A stretch of 64,000 bases of DNA from an uncultured Fibrobacteria bacterium. Its GTDB lineage: Bacteria; Fibrobacterota; Fibrobacteria; UBA11236. The notes beneath the pieces are model-generated. The model saw nothing but the letters and a program-made list of their open reading frames with translations. It was not told the DNA's origin and ran no database searches. The position numbers were made by a program, and so were the translations under genes. The DNA is taken from NCBI GenBank assembly GCA_963716395.1, contig OY970309.1, forward strand, positions 1,824,001-1,888,000. Reading direction: 5' to 3'. This document shows positions 9,556 to 18,220 of this stretch, one piece after another; position 1 is the stretch's first letter; each line of letters begins with the position of its first letter.

Positions 9556-9915
9556 ATTGCATCGATTATTGCTTTATCAATGTCTGATCACTTTTTGTTT
9601 ACAAGTCCGTTGATAAATGCTTTATAAAGCGTTCAAATCCATTTTTTGCTCATTTTTCAAATAAATTAAGAGATTTTCCTTTGATTTATCCATTTCGAAG
9701 ATGGGCTATGATAGCACGTGTTTTTGCCAAGATCCAGGATTTTTGTCGCAATTTTTTGGCACCGCACTCCAGCAAATTTGTCCGTCGGAGGCGGATGGTC
9801 TGAGGTCTTGCGGTAGGCGCGGCGGCTACGACGAGTTCCGCAGTCGCTCCGCCTCAGACGAACGACTATCGCCCGAGTTCGTCGCGCTCCTGCTTAGTCC
9901 AACGAAGGACTTTTA

Positions 9916-9998
9916 AGGGTACCTCTAATAATGAGTTTCGTAAGCCCACCGAATTCGGAGAGCCGGTTCGAGTAGAAAGGCATTATTAGAGGTACCGT
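9916..9998. mobile_element. 83-bp MITE (IS5-family-like ends)
   Basis: Terminal inverted repeats AGGGTACCTCTAATAATG (9916-9933) and CATTATTAGAGGTACCGT (9981-9998), 17/18 match. TTA on both flanks (9913-9915, 9999-10001). Confidence 0.75.
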
Positions 9999-10015
9999 TT
10001 AGTTGCGCTCAAATG

Positions 10016-10051
10016 AAAAATGGGATTGAACCCTTCGGTTCAATCCCATTT
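10016..10051 (-). terminator. rho-independent terminator of the GH5 gene
   Basis: Perfect 15-bp stem aaatgggattgaacc / ggttcaatcccattt with 4-nt loop and T-run on the minus strand, about 25 nt after the stop at 10077. Confidence 0.85.
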
Positions 10052-10076
10052 CCCGTCAGACTGAAAAATACAACGG

Positions 10077-11840
10077 CTAGTGCGCCAAGTAGATCTTTTG
10101 ATTCTCGGAACGGCCGCCGGCCTGGAATTGAACCAAATAAAGACCCGGGCCGACATTCATCTGACGTCGATCCACGGAATACGCTCCCGCCGCTTGCTGT
10201 CGGTCGATGACATTCGCGCGCAAGGTTCCATTGATATCGTAAAGTCGCAACGAAACGAATTCCGCTACCGGCAAGGAATAGGAAATCATTCCGGTGCTTC
10301 CGATATTGAGAGAGTACGTGGTATGCAGGTTCCCATCCACGGCCAGCACCTGCCCGGGGTTGGCCACTTCCTGCGCATCCCAAAGTTTTTTCAAAAGGTC
10401 CATTTTTCGGGTGTCGACGCTGCCCCATGTTCCCCAACCGGAGGTGTTGGAGATGGGATCGTAGGGCGTGGTGTAAACGCCGTAGGTGTCGCCGGATTCC
10501 GGGTTGATGGACCAGTAAAAGGAATCATAGATGCCTTCCCGGATTAAATAGTTGACGAAGTCGTCCTGCCACTGCTCATCGGTGGTATGGTCGGTCAGAT
10601 AGCTGAAAACGTTTTGTTCGTGGGGGACGGCTTTTTCGGGCCAATCCATGTTTCCGCCGAACTCTCCGATGACCACGGCGTAACCCATGGCTTTCAAGTA
10701 ACCGAAGTAGTTATGCCATCCCGCGTCCAGCCGGCTTTGGTTGATGACAATCCGGCACTTCGCCTGCCCGAGGGAGTCCCCTTCCAGGCCGTTGCATTGG
10801 GGTTGGGTTGGATCGGTGAACATCTTTTGCTGATAAACCGACGGACCGTAGGTGTGCGGTGAAAAGACCAGCTTGTTTTTCGGCACGGTCGGCGGATGGG
10901 CGCCCGCTTCGAACAGATTTTCGCCCCAGTTGGGATTGCTGGACGTGTCGCCACTCGGAGAAACGGATACCGTATTGGGCGTACCGTCCTCGGAACCGTT
11001 CGAGTTGCTGATTCCCTCGGCGAAGATGAGGATGTTGGGATTCACGGAACTGATGGCGGTATAAGCCTGATCGACTAAAGAGGTCCACTCGCTCCAGCTA
11101 TAGTCCCACGGTTCATTGAAGATGTCGATGCCCATGATATTGTCTACGCCGATGGTCGTGCCAAGGCCAGCCAGGGTCTGGAGGTCGGCTAACCACTTCG
11201 AGACATTGTAGGCCTGGATGTGCGTGACTGAGCTCGGGTTTCCGCTATCCGCGCAGGAATAATTTTCGCGGGTGAAGTCGTAATCCGGCCGGGTCGCATC
11301 CACATAAGGCGGTCGGGCGTCGATCCGCCCCGCTCTCCAGCCCACGTAATTGGAGCAGGAGTGCAGGTCGAGCAAGACGTAAAGACCGGCATTGGAGCAG
11401 GCCTGAATGGTGGCTTTGAGGGCCGAGAACGCACCTTGAATCCGCACGGACGTGTCGTTTTTCAGGTTGGGATCCCGACCCTGCGGATCGGCGTCGGAAA
11501 GGGTCTGGGGAGTAACGGGAATACGGATGCTGTTGAAACCCAAGCTCTTGATCTCGGCGGCATCCCCCGCCAGGGTTCGGCCGCTCGGATTCCAGAACGT
11601 GTTTCCGATGTACAACTCCATCGGCGCCCCGCCAGGGTTTGTCGGATCGCTGGGCGCCTCTTGCCGGCCTTCCAGTCCAAACCAGGAACCGCCCTTGACC
11701 CTGAAAATCGCCCCATTGAGCGTGATATGGCCCGAAGAGTCCACAGCCCAATCATTCGCGGCTTGGACGCTGGTGGTGATCATAACGGTTGCAAAAGCGG
11801 CCAGCACGGCCAGGCTTTTGCCATTTCTTTTTCTCATCAT
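10077..11840 (-). CDS. secreted glycoside hydrolase family 5 with T9SS-type C-terminal domain
   Basis: Signal peptide ending VQA; GSWFGLE, LLDLH, IFNEPW (acid/base), SPHTYGPSV, IGEFGG (nucleophile), YWSINPESGDTYG. C-terminal ISYSLP..VSLRLYDING..GLYLVQF resembles a Por/T9SS sorting domain. Confidence 0.9.
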   Translation of the reverse strand: MMRKRNGKSLAVLAAFATVMITTSVQAANDWAVDSSGHITLNGAIFRVKGGSWFGLEGRQEAPSDPTNPGGAPMELYIGNTFWNPSGRTLAGDAAEIKSLGFNSIRIPVTPQTLSDADPQGRDPNLKNDTSVRIQGAFSALKATIQACSNAGLYVLLDLHSCSNYVGWRAGRIDARPPYVDATRPDYDFTRENYSCADSGNPSSVTHIQAYNVSKWLADLQTLAGLGTTIGVDNIMGIDIFNEPWDYSWSEWTSLVDQAYTAISSVNPNILIFAEGISNSNGSEDGTPNTVSVSPSGDTSSNPNWGENLFEAGAHPPTVPKNKLVFSPHTYGPSVYQQKMFTDPTQPQCNGLEGDSLGQAKCRIVINQSRLDAGWHNYFGYLKAMGYAVVIGEFGGNMDWPEKAVPHEQNVFSYLTDHTTDEQWQDDFVNYLIREGIYDSFYWSINPESGDTYGVYTTPYDPISNTSGWGTWGSVDTRKMDLLKKLWDAQEVANPGQVLAVDGNLHTTYSLNIGSTGMISYSLPVAEFVSLRLYDINGTLRANVIDRQQAAGAYSVDRRQMNVGPGLYLVQFQAGGRSENQKIYLAH

Positions 11841-12415
11841 AGCCGAGGCTCCAGTTTCATGGTGGAATCCGATGTTCTCAGCCGAATCAACGAGACTTCG
11901 GCTCATGCCCCAAGTATGCAGTGGGCGTATTCTTCGTTAGTTGCACACTCAAACTTATAGGTTCACCTTAGAGCAGATAATTCAACGACTTTTATAACCA
12001 TCTCCGGCGATCGGCAACTCCAACCAACCTTTTCTCCCTGCGCATGCCCAGCCGATCCGCTTCATTTCCGACCTAAAGTGGTGTTCCTTCTCCAAATTCT
12101 CCCCTTTTTCAACTTCGGACACACCCGCCCCATCTTGCTGACTGTGATCAACAGGGGCGGATATCTCCCTTACGACGGTGTCGCCCAAGTCCCTGTGGGG
12201 AGGTCTCGGGGGAACGGCCATCCCGAAAACCATTATCGGCCAAACTATGCCCGGCGGGAAACCCGTGAGGACCGCCTTGTTCCGCGTCGCTTTTTCCTCA
12301 GAGTCCGGATCGGTCCGGTTCAGGCCGTCCGCGGGGATGATGCCCAGTAACCCGATGATTACGGGCGTGGCTCTGCCAGCCCGGGCGGGATCCCAATTGC
12401 GAGCGGTATTTCGGT

Positions 12416-13207
12416 TCAGGCGTTGATTTTCTGGATCAGGCGGGCCTTGAGTTTGAGCATGGCCTTGCTGTGGATTTGCGAGACCCGGGACTCGGTGAGG
12501 TTGAGCACTTCGCCGATTTCCTTCAGCGTCAGTTCTTCATAATGGTACAGCGCGATCACCAGCTTTTCTTTTTCCGGAAGTTGCGCCACGGTTTCGGTCA
12601 GAATGCGCTTCACCTCCTGATAGCCCAGTTCTTTCAGCGGGTTGCTGCCCTGGGGATCTTCGATGGTGTCGATAAGTGAGAGCGATTTGTTGTCGTCGCC
12701 GCGATCGGGCAGCGATTCCTCTAGGCTCAAGATGGTGGCGGGCGCGACTTCGCTGAGCAGTTCTTCGAAGGATTCCTGGCTGAGCTGCAAGTGATCGGCC
12801 ACTTCGTCGTCATAGGGCATGCGCCCCAATTTGGTTTCGAGTTCGGAATACGCCTTTTGCAGCAGACGGTTTTTCTGGCGCACCGAACGTGGCACCCAAT
12901 CCATGGAGCGCAATTCGTCGAGAATGGCTCCGCGAATTTTATGCGTGGCAAAGGTTTCGAATTTCAAACCGCGTTCGGGTTCGAACATTTCCACCGCGCG
13001 AATGAGTCCCATGACCCCGGCGCCGGCCAAATCGCCGACCTCCACCGAAGGGGGGAGGCTCATGGCCATGCGCTGCGCGATGAATTTGACCAAGCCCGCG
13101 TACTCCACGAGCAGCTTGTCTTTCGCGGTTTTGCTTCCGTCGGCCCGGTATTGGGTCCAAAGATCGCTCAAATTTTCCATGGTCAGGATGGCGTTGCCAT
13201 TATCCAC
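12416..13207 (-). CDS. fliA: RNA polymerase sigma-28 factor FliA/WhiG
   Basis: IRGAILDELRSMDWVPRSVR, EELTLKEIGEVLNLTESRVSQIHSKA. Confidence 0.96.
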   Translation of the reverse strand: MDNGNAILTMENLSDLWTQYRADGSKTAKDKLLVEYAGLVKFIAQRMAMSLPPSVEVGDLAGAGVMGLIRAVEMFEPERGLKFETFATHKIRGAILDELRSMDWVPRSVRQKNRLLQKAYSELETKLGRMPYDDEVADHLQLSQESFEELLSEVAPATILSLEESLPDRGDDNKSLSLIDTIEDPQGSNPLKELGYQEVKRILTETVAQLPEKEKLVIALYHYEELTLKEIGEVLNLTESRVSQIHSKAMLKLKARLIQKINA

Positions 13208-13279
13208 TATTTCCGGGAATCCGGCCAGAACAGCTTTGCCATCGGGGGAATCGGGCCGGTCGAGGGCGACTGCGGCGGC

Positions 13280-13642
13280 TTATTTTTTCTTGTCGGCCGG
13301 CGTTTCCGAAGAGTCTTCGTCGAAAATTTCATCCGGATCCGGCGGGAGAAAATGATAAAGCAATCCGCCGTCGCGCCGCGAGGCCCGGGTGTCGACGGCC
13401 GAGGCGGTGATGGATCGCACCAAGGCGTCGCTGACGATTAAAAAGAAAAGCCATCCCAAGCCCACGGCCAGCAGGGCTTTCAGCAGGCTGGCGAACAGCA
13501 CCGACCCGTTGATTGCGGGGCTGACCAGCACCGCAAGAAAAAACACGGCGAAAAACAAGCACGCCAAAGCCGCACGCGTGATGGCTTTGGCGATGGCATG
13601 CGGGACGGGTGTCGCCGGCGTGGCATTGATATGTCGCTTCAT
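13280..13642 (-). CDS. two-TM membrane protein with acidic tail, FlgV-like by position
   Basis: 120 aa, two hydrophobic helices and an acidic C-terminus; lies between flhF and fliA. Confidence 0.65.
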   Translation of the reverse strand: MKRHINATPATPVPHAIAKAITRAALACLFFAVFFLAVLVSPAINGSVLFASLLKALLAVGLGWLFFLIVSDALVRSITASAVDTRASRRDGGLLYHFLPPDPDEIFDEDSSETPADKKK

Positions 13643-13657
13643 TCCTGCCTCGCCCGC

Positions 13658-14941
13658 TTAGACGCGTGCCGGTTCCGCCGCGGTTTCCGTCACCAATTGG
13701 CGGGCTACGCCGCGTCGCATCGCCTCGGGCGACGCGACTTCGATATGTTCGGTCGCCGCCGGACCCGAAACGAAATATCCCAAAGCGCCGGGAAAACCCC
13801 GGGCGGCCGCATACAGGCAGCCAAAACCCAAACCTTGATCGAGCCGGGTGAAAGAAAGCCGCGCGGGTCCGAGCGCCGCCGCGGCCTCGATCATGCGGCG
13901 CATTTCGCGTGCGCGCAGGCCTGCGTCGAGAACCAGATGGATTTCATCGGGCCCTGCCGCCCGCACCAGGGCTTCGAGGGTCCGCCGGTTTTCGGTTTCG
14001 GCCGATAACGCCGGCGAGTCGATCAAAATGATTTCACAGCCGCGCAATGCATGCAACGCCGCGGGCATTTCCCGGGCGGCGTAGGCGCAGGCCGCGGGCA
14101 GTCCCAGGGTCTTGGCGAACAGCGCCAGGGCGCTATGGGCGCCGAATCCGCGGCCGTCGGCCGACAAAACGCCCACGCGTTTGCCCGCCCGCAGCCGGCC
14201 CTGCGCGGCCAGTTTCTGGATGAGCGAGGTTTTGCCCGCGCCCGCGGGACCGAGGAACAAGGCGCGCGCGGGCCGGCCGGCTTGGAGCTGCACTCCGCCG
14301 CCGTAGCGCAAATCCTCGGCCATCAATCCCGGCAACGCGCGGCGGATGACCTCGGGGTTGCGCGCGTCGGGGCCGCTGCCCGCGCCGGCGCGGCGCCACA
14401 ATTCTTCGGCCAGGGGCGCGGGCAAATCCAACGCCGCGAGCAGGGCTGATCCCGAGGCGGTGGGAGCCGAAGCGGCTTCGAGCATCGACTGGATTTCTTC
14501 GCGCAGCATGCGCATTTCGCGCGTCGGCATTTTCGCCTCTTCTTTGACTTTTTCGATCTCGGCGCGCAGCCCTTGCAGCGACTCCATCGGGGCGCGAGGA
14601 GGTTCGGCCGGAGCGGCGGCGGGCGCCTGCGTGGAGACGCGCGGCAGCCGTCCCGACCAATCATACTGCCCGGCCGGCGCCGCTTCGGCGGATCCGGCCG
14701 GGCTGGAATCCGGCACCGCGGCCCGGGGCGCGGCGGAAGGCATGGGCGCTGTCGTCGGATTCGCCACCGCGGCCGCACGTTGTTCGTAGGCGGCCATGAC
14801 TTCATAGCAGGGCTTGGATTTGCCCAGATGCTTGCGCACGGTCTGTTTCGTTTTCACGATCACCGCGTCGGGGCCCAATTCCTGGCGCACCTTGGCCAGG
14901 GCCTCGGGCATGCTATCCGCTTGATACGTTTTCAGATTCAT
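13658..14941 (-). CDS. flhF: flagellar biosynthesis protein FlhF (SRP-GTPase family, degenerate motifs)
   Basis: N-terminal MNLKTYQADSMPEALAKVRQELGPDAVI, P-loop GPAGAGKTS; directly after flhA. Confidence 0.88.
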   Translation of the reverse strand: MNLKTYQADSMPEALAKVRQELGPDAVIVKTKQTVRKHLGKSKPCYEVMAAYEQRAAAVANPTTAPMPSAAPRAAVPDSSPAGSAEAAPAGQYDWSGRLPRVSTQAPAAAPAEPPRAPMESLQGLRAEIEKVKEEAKMPTREMRMLREEIQSMLEAASAPTASGSALLAALDLPAPLAEELWRRAGAGSGPDARNPEVIRRALPGLMAEDLRYGGGVQLQAGRPARALFLGPAGAGKTSLIQKLAAQGRLRAGKRVGVLSADGRGFGAHSALALFAKTLGLPAACAYAAREMPAALHALRGCEIILIDSPALSAETENRRTLEALVRAAGPDEIHLVLDAGLRAREMRRMIEAAAALGPARLSFTRLDQGLGFGCLYAAARGFPGALGYFVSGPAATEHIEVASPEAMRRGVARQLVTETAAEPARV

Positions 14942-17018
14942 GGATCACCACCGTTCCGCTGGCTTTGATGTTGAGACCGCCGGGAATTTCACCATAGGAG
15001 AGAATGGCCAAGTTGGGGAACGAACCCTCCAGCAATTTGCGTATTTGAAACCGGATGCCGGGTGAGCAGAGCAGCACCGGCGGATGGTTCTCGGCCAACA
15101 TTTTCTCCGTCAGGGGCGTCAGGCGCGACACGAGCTTGCCCACCACATCGGGGCGAATGACGAGCCGCGGTCCGCGATCGGTGGTTTGCACCGAGGCTTC
15201 GAGCACCTGCTCGAGGCGCGGGTCGAGGCTGATCACGTGCAGCGCGTTCTTGGCGTCTTTGTAGGCTTTGCAAATCTGACGCCCCAGGGCCTGCCGGCAT
15301 TGCTCGGTCAGGAAAGTCTCGGATTTGGAAATGCGCGCGGCGCTGGCCAGGGATTCGAGGATGGTCCCGAGATCGCGTATGGAGACGCGCTCGGAGAGCA
15401 GGTTCATGAGCACGCGTTGGACTTCTCCCACCGACAAAAGGCTCGGCACCAATTCTTCCACCGCTGTGGCATTCACCGTTTTGAGGTTGTCGATCAGGCT
15501 CTTCACGTCCTGGCGGGTGAGGATGTCCCCGGCGTGACGGCGGATGATTTCGGTGAGGTGGGTGGCCACCACGGCCGGCAGTTCGACCACGGTGTAGCCA
15601 GCGATGTCGGCGGCCTCTTTCTGGGATTGGGTAATCCACATGGCGGGCAAACCGAACGCGGGTTCGACCGTGGGGATGCCTTTGATGCGCTGGCTGGTGC
15701 CGCCCGGGTCCATGGCCAGAAAGCAGCCGGCCATGAGTTCGCCGGTGCCCACTTCGATGCCTTTCACCTTGACCACGTATTGGCTGGGTTTGAGCTGGAT
15801 GTTGTCGCGAATGCGGATGGGCGGCACGATGATCCCGCATTCGGTGGCGCATTGCCGGCGCAGCATGGTGATGCGCTCCAGCAAATCCCCGCCCTGGTTC
15901 ACGTCGACCAGGGGAATGAGGCCGTACCCGATTTCGAGTTCCATTTGATCGACCTGCAGGTACGACTCGATTTTATCGGCGCTGCCGGTCTCTTCTTTCT
16001 CGGTTTTTTTGCGGGCCTCGCCGGCGGCTTCCGTTGAGCGCGCCACTTCGCGTTTGCGCACCACCCAGCCGATGCCGCCCAGGATTGAGCCCAAAAGCAG
16101 GAAGGGGAGATTCGGCATGCCCGGCGTCACCCCCAACAGGGTGAGAAAGCCTGCGGCCGTGAACAGCGCTTTTTGGCTTTGCGACAACTGGGTCAGGAGT
16201 TCCTGCCCCAGATTCTGCTTCGATGCCGCCCGCGCTACGATAATGCCCGAGGCCGTGCTGATCATCAGCGCCGGCACCTGCGTCACCAGCCCGTCGCCGA
16301 TGGTGAGAATGGTGTAGGTCTGCAGCGCGTTCTGAAAGCTGAGCCCGCGCATGGTCATGCCCACCACGAAGCCGCCGATGATGTTGATGACGGTGATGAG
16401 AATTCCCGCCACCGCGTCGCCGCGCACGAATTTGCTGGCCCCGTCCATGGCGCCGTAGAAATCGGCTTCGCGGGAAATGTCCTTGCGCCGGGTCTTGGCC
16501 TCTTCTTCGTTGATGAGCCCAGAATTGAGATCGGCGTCGACCGCCATCTGCTTGCCCGGCATGGCGTCCAAGGTGAAGCGCGCTCCCACTTCGGCGATGC
16601 GGCCCGCGCCTTTGGTGATGACGGTGAACTGGATGATGACCAGGATGATGAAGATGACCGTGCCCACCACCATGTTCCCCGCGGTCACGAAATGTCCGAA
16701 GGTTTCGATGACATGCCCCGGCGAACGGCCCGAAAGAATCAGGCGCGTGGCGGCCACGTTGAGCCCCAGACGGAACAAAGTGATCATGAGCAGCAGGCCC
16801 GGAAACACCGACAAATCGAGCACGTTTTCGATGTACATGGAGATGAGCAGGATGATTACGGCCACCGAAATCATCATGGAGAGCAGTATGTCGAGCACGA
16901 ACGACGGCAGCGGAATCAGCATCAGACAGATGACACCGATGCTGAGCGCCGCGACCGCGACGTCCTTTTGCGACACCAAGGTGGCGCCGAGTTTCCGGGT
17001 TTGCGAGATGGCGCTCAT
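14913..17018 (-). CDS. flhA: flagellar export gate protein FlhA
   Basis: RIAEVGARFTLDAMPGKQMAVDADL, FYGAMDGASKFVRGDA, LTIGDGLVTQVPAL. Confidence 0.97.
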   Translation of the reverse strand: MSAISQTRKLGATLVSQKDVAVAALSIGVICLMLIPLPSFVLDILLSMMISVAVIILLISMYIENVLDLSVFPGLLLMITLFRLGLNVAATRLILSGRSPGHVIETFGHFVTAGNMVVGTVIFIILVIIQFTVITKGAGRIAEVGARFTLDAMPGKQMAVDADLNSGLINEEEAKTRRKDISREADFYGAMDGASKFVRGDAVAGILITVINIIGGFVVGMTMRGLSFQNALQTYTILTIGDGLVTQVPALMISTASGIIVARAASKQNLGQELLTQLSQSQKALFTAAGFLTLLGVTPGMPNLPFLLLGSILGGIGWVVRKREVARSTEAAGEARKKTEKEETGSADKIESYLQVDQMELEIGYGLIPLVDVNQGGDLLERITMLRRQCATECGIIVPPIRIRDNIQLKPSQYVVKVKGIEVGTGELMAGCFLAMDPGGTSQRIKGIPTVEPAFGLPAMWITQSQKEAADIAGYTVVELPAVVATHLTEIIRRHAGDILTRQDVKSLIDNLKTVNATAVEELVPSLLSVGEVQRVLMNLLSERVSIRDLGTILESLASAARISKSETFLTEQCRQALGRQICKAYKDAKNALHVISLDPRLEQVLEASVQTTDRGPRLVIRPDVVGKLVSRLTPLTEKMLAENHPPVLLCSPGIRFQIRKLLEGSFPNLAILSYGEIPGGLNIKASGTVVIHESENVSSG

Positions 17019-17133
17019 ACCTGCTGCAAAGACCTCTCAAGTTGCGGGCGCCGCCTTCCGATAACGGAAGGGGCGTGGAACGACCGGGGAAAAGCAAACT
17101 CCGGACCGATCCGGGGAGTGCTGAGAACGGCGC

Positions 17134-18213
17134 TTAAGCGGCGGCCTGGGCGCCCGTCGGGCGCTTCAAGCTGAAAATCGCGGCTAGAATTTCCGCCACG
17201 GCGGCAAAGAATTCCTGGGGAATTTCTTCGCCGATCGCGGCCACCTCGTACAAGCCGCGCGCCAGAGGCCGGTCTTCGACGATGGGGATGGCATGGGTTT
17301 TGGCCGTGTCGCGGATGCGCTCGGCCACCAGGCGTTTGCCCTTGGCCACCACGACCGGCGCATGGTCGCGCCCCTGTTCATAGCGCAGGGCCACGGCGAT
17401 GAAGGTGGGGTTGGTGATGACCACGGTGGCCTTGGGCAGTTCCTGCATCATCATGCGTGAATACATCTGGCGGCGCAGGCTTTTGATCTTGCCCCGAATG
17501 CGCGGGTCGCCTTCGGCGGCCTTCGTTTCGTCGCGCACGTCTTGTTTGGTCATCATCAGGCCTTGTTTGTACTTGCGCTTGTTGTAGACGAGATCGGCGA
17601 GGCCGATGAGAAAGAGCAGGAGCGAACATTTGATCAGCAGCTCGCGCGAAGTGAGGAACAAAAAGGCAACAATTTGGCGGGGACTTTGGTCGGCCAGCAG
17701 CAGGTATTCGTGGTAATGCCGGGCCACCACCCAGTAGGCCACCAGCCCCACCACGATCATTTTCGCCAGGTTCTTGGGAATGCCCACCAGCGGCGCGGCG
17801 GAAAAAAATTTCAACAGAGCTGCGGGATTGAAGAGTTGGGAGAGGCTGAAATTGGAGGCGTGGCGGGCCCACAACGGCCCATATTGGGCGATATTGGTGG
17901 CGATAGCGATCAGCGCCAGGGTGACGAGGAAGGGCGCGATCAATACCAGCACGAACAAATAACCTTGCAGGGCCAGGCGCGGCAGATTGTCGAAGAAATG
18001 GTCGTAACGGGGAATGGCCTGGAACGAGATGACCATGAGCTGCGACAGGCGCCGGTGCATGCCGCCGGCGAACAACCACAGCATGAGGGTGCCGAACAAA
18101 AGCAGGACCGAGGAGGATAAATCGGCGCTGCGCGCCACCTTGCCCTTGGAGCGCGCCTCGCTGATTTTTTTACCGGTGGGCTGCTCGGTTCTTCCGTCGT
18201 CGCCTTCGGCCAC
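17134..18213 (-). CDS. flhB: flagellar export switch protein FlhB
   Basis: RTEQPTGKKISEARSKG, EGDPRIRGKI, VITNPTF autocleavage motif (NPTH variant), PVVVAKG. Confidence 0.95.
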   Translation of the reverse strand: MAEGDDGRTEQPTGKKISEARSKGKVARSADLSSSVLLLFGTLMLWLFAGGMHRRLSQLMVISFQAIPRYDHFFDNLPRLALQGYLFVLVLIAPFLVTLALIAIATNIAQYGPLWARHASNFSLSQLFNPAALLKFFSAAPLVGIPKNLAKMIVVGLVAYWVVARHYHEYLLLADQSPRQIVAFLFLTSRELLIKCSLLLFLIGLADLVYNKRKYKQGLMMTKQDVRDETKAAEGDPRIRGKIKSLRRQMYSRMMMQELPKATVVITNPTFIAVALRYEQGRDHAPVVVAKGKRLVAERIRDTAKTHAIPIVEDRPLARGLYEVAAIGEEIPQEFFAAVAEILAAIFSLKRPTGAQAAA

Positions 18214-18220
18214 GCCCCCG

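Noticed and set aside
12233-12260. Possible sigma28 promoter (GCCGATAA, minus strand) for the GH5 gene
   Set aside because: No TAAA -35 element at the required spacing. Other GCCGATAA hits (14001, 20101) are antisense inside genes.
12121-12415. Possible riboswitch (c-di-GMP or c-di-AMP) upstream of GH5
   Set aside because: I could not match the conserved cores by eye; it needs an Rfam scan.
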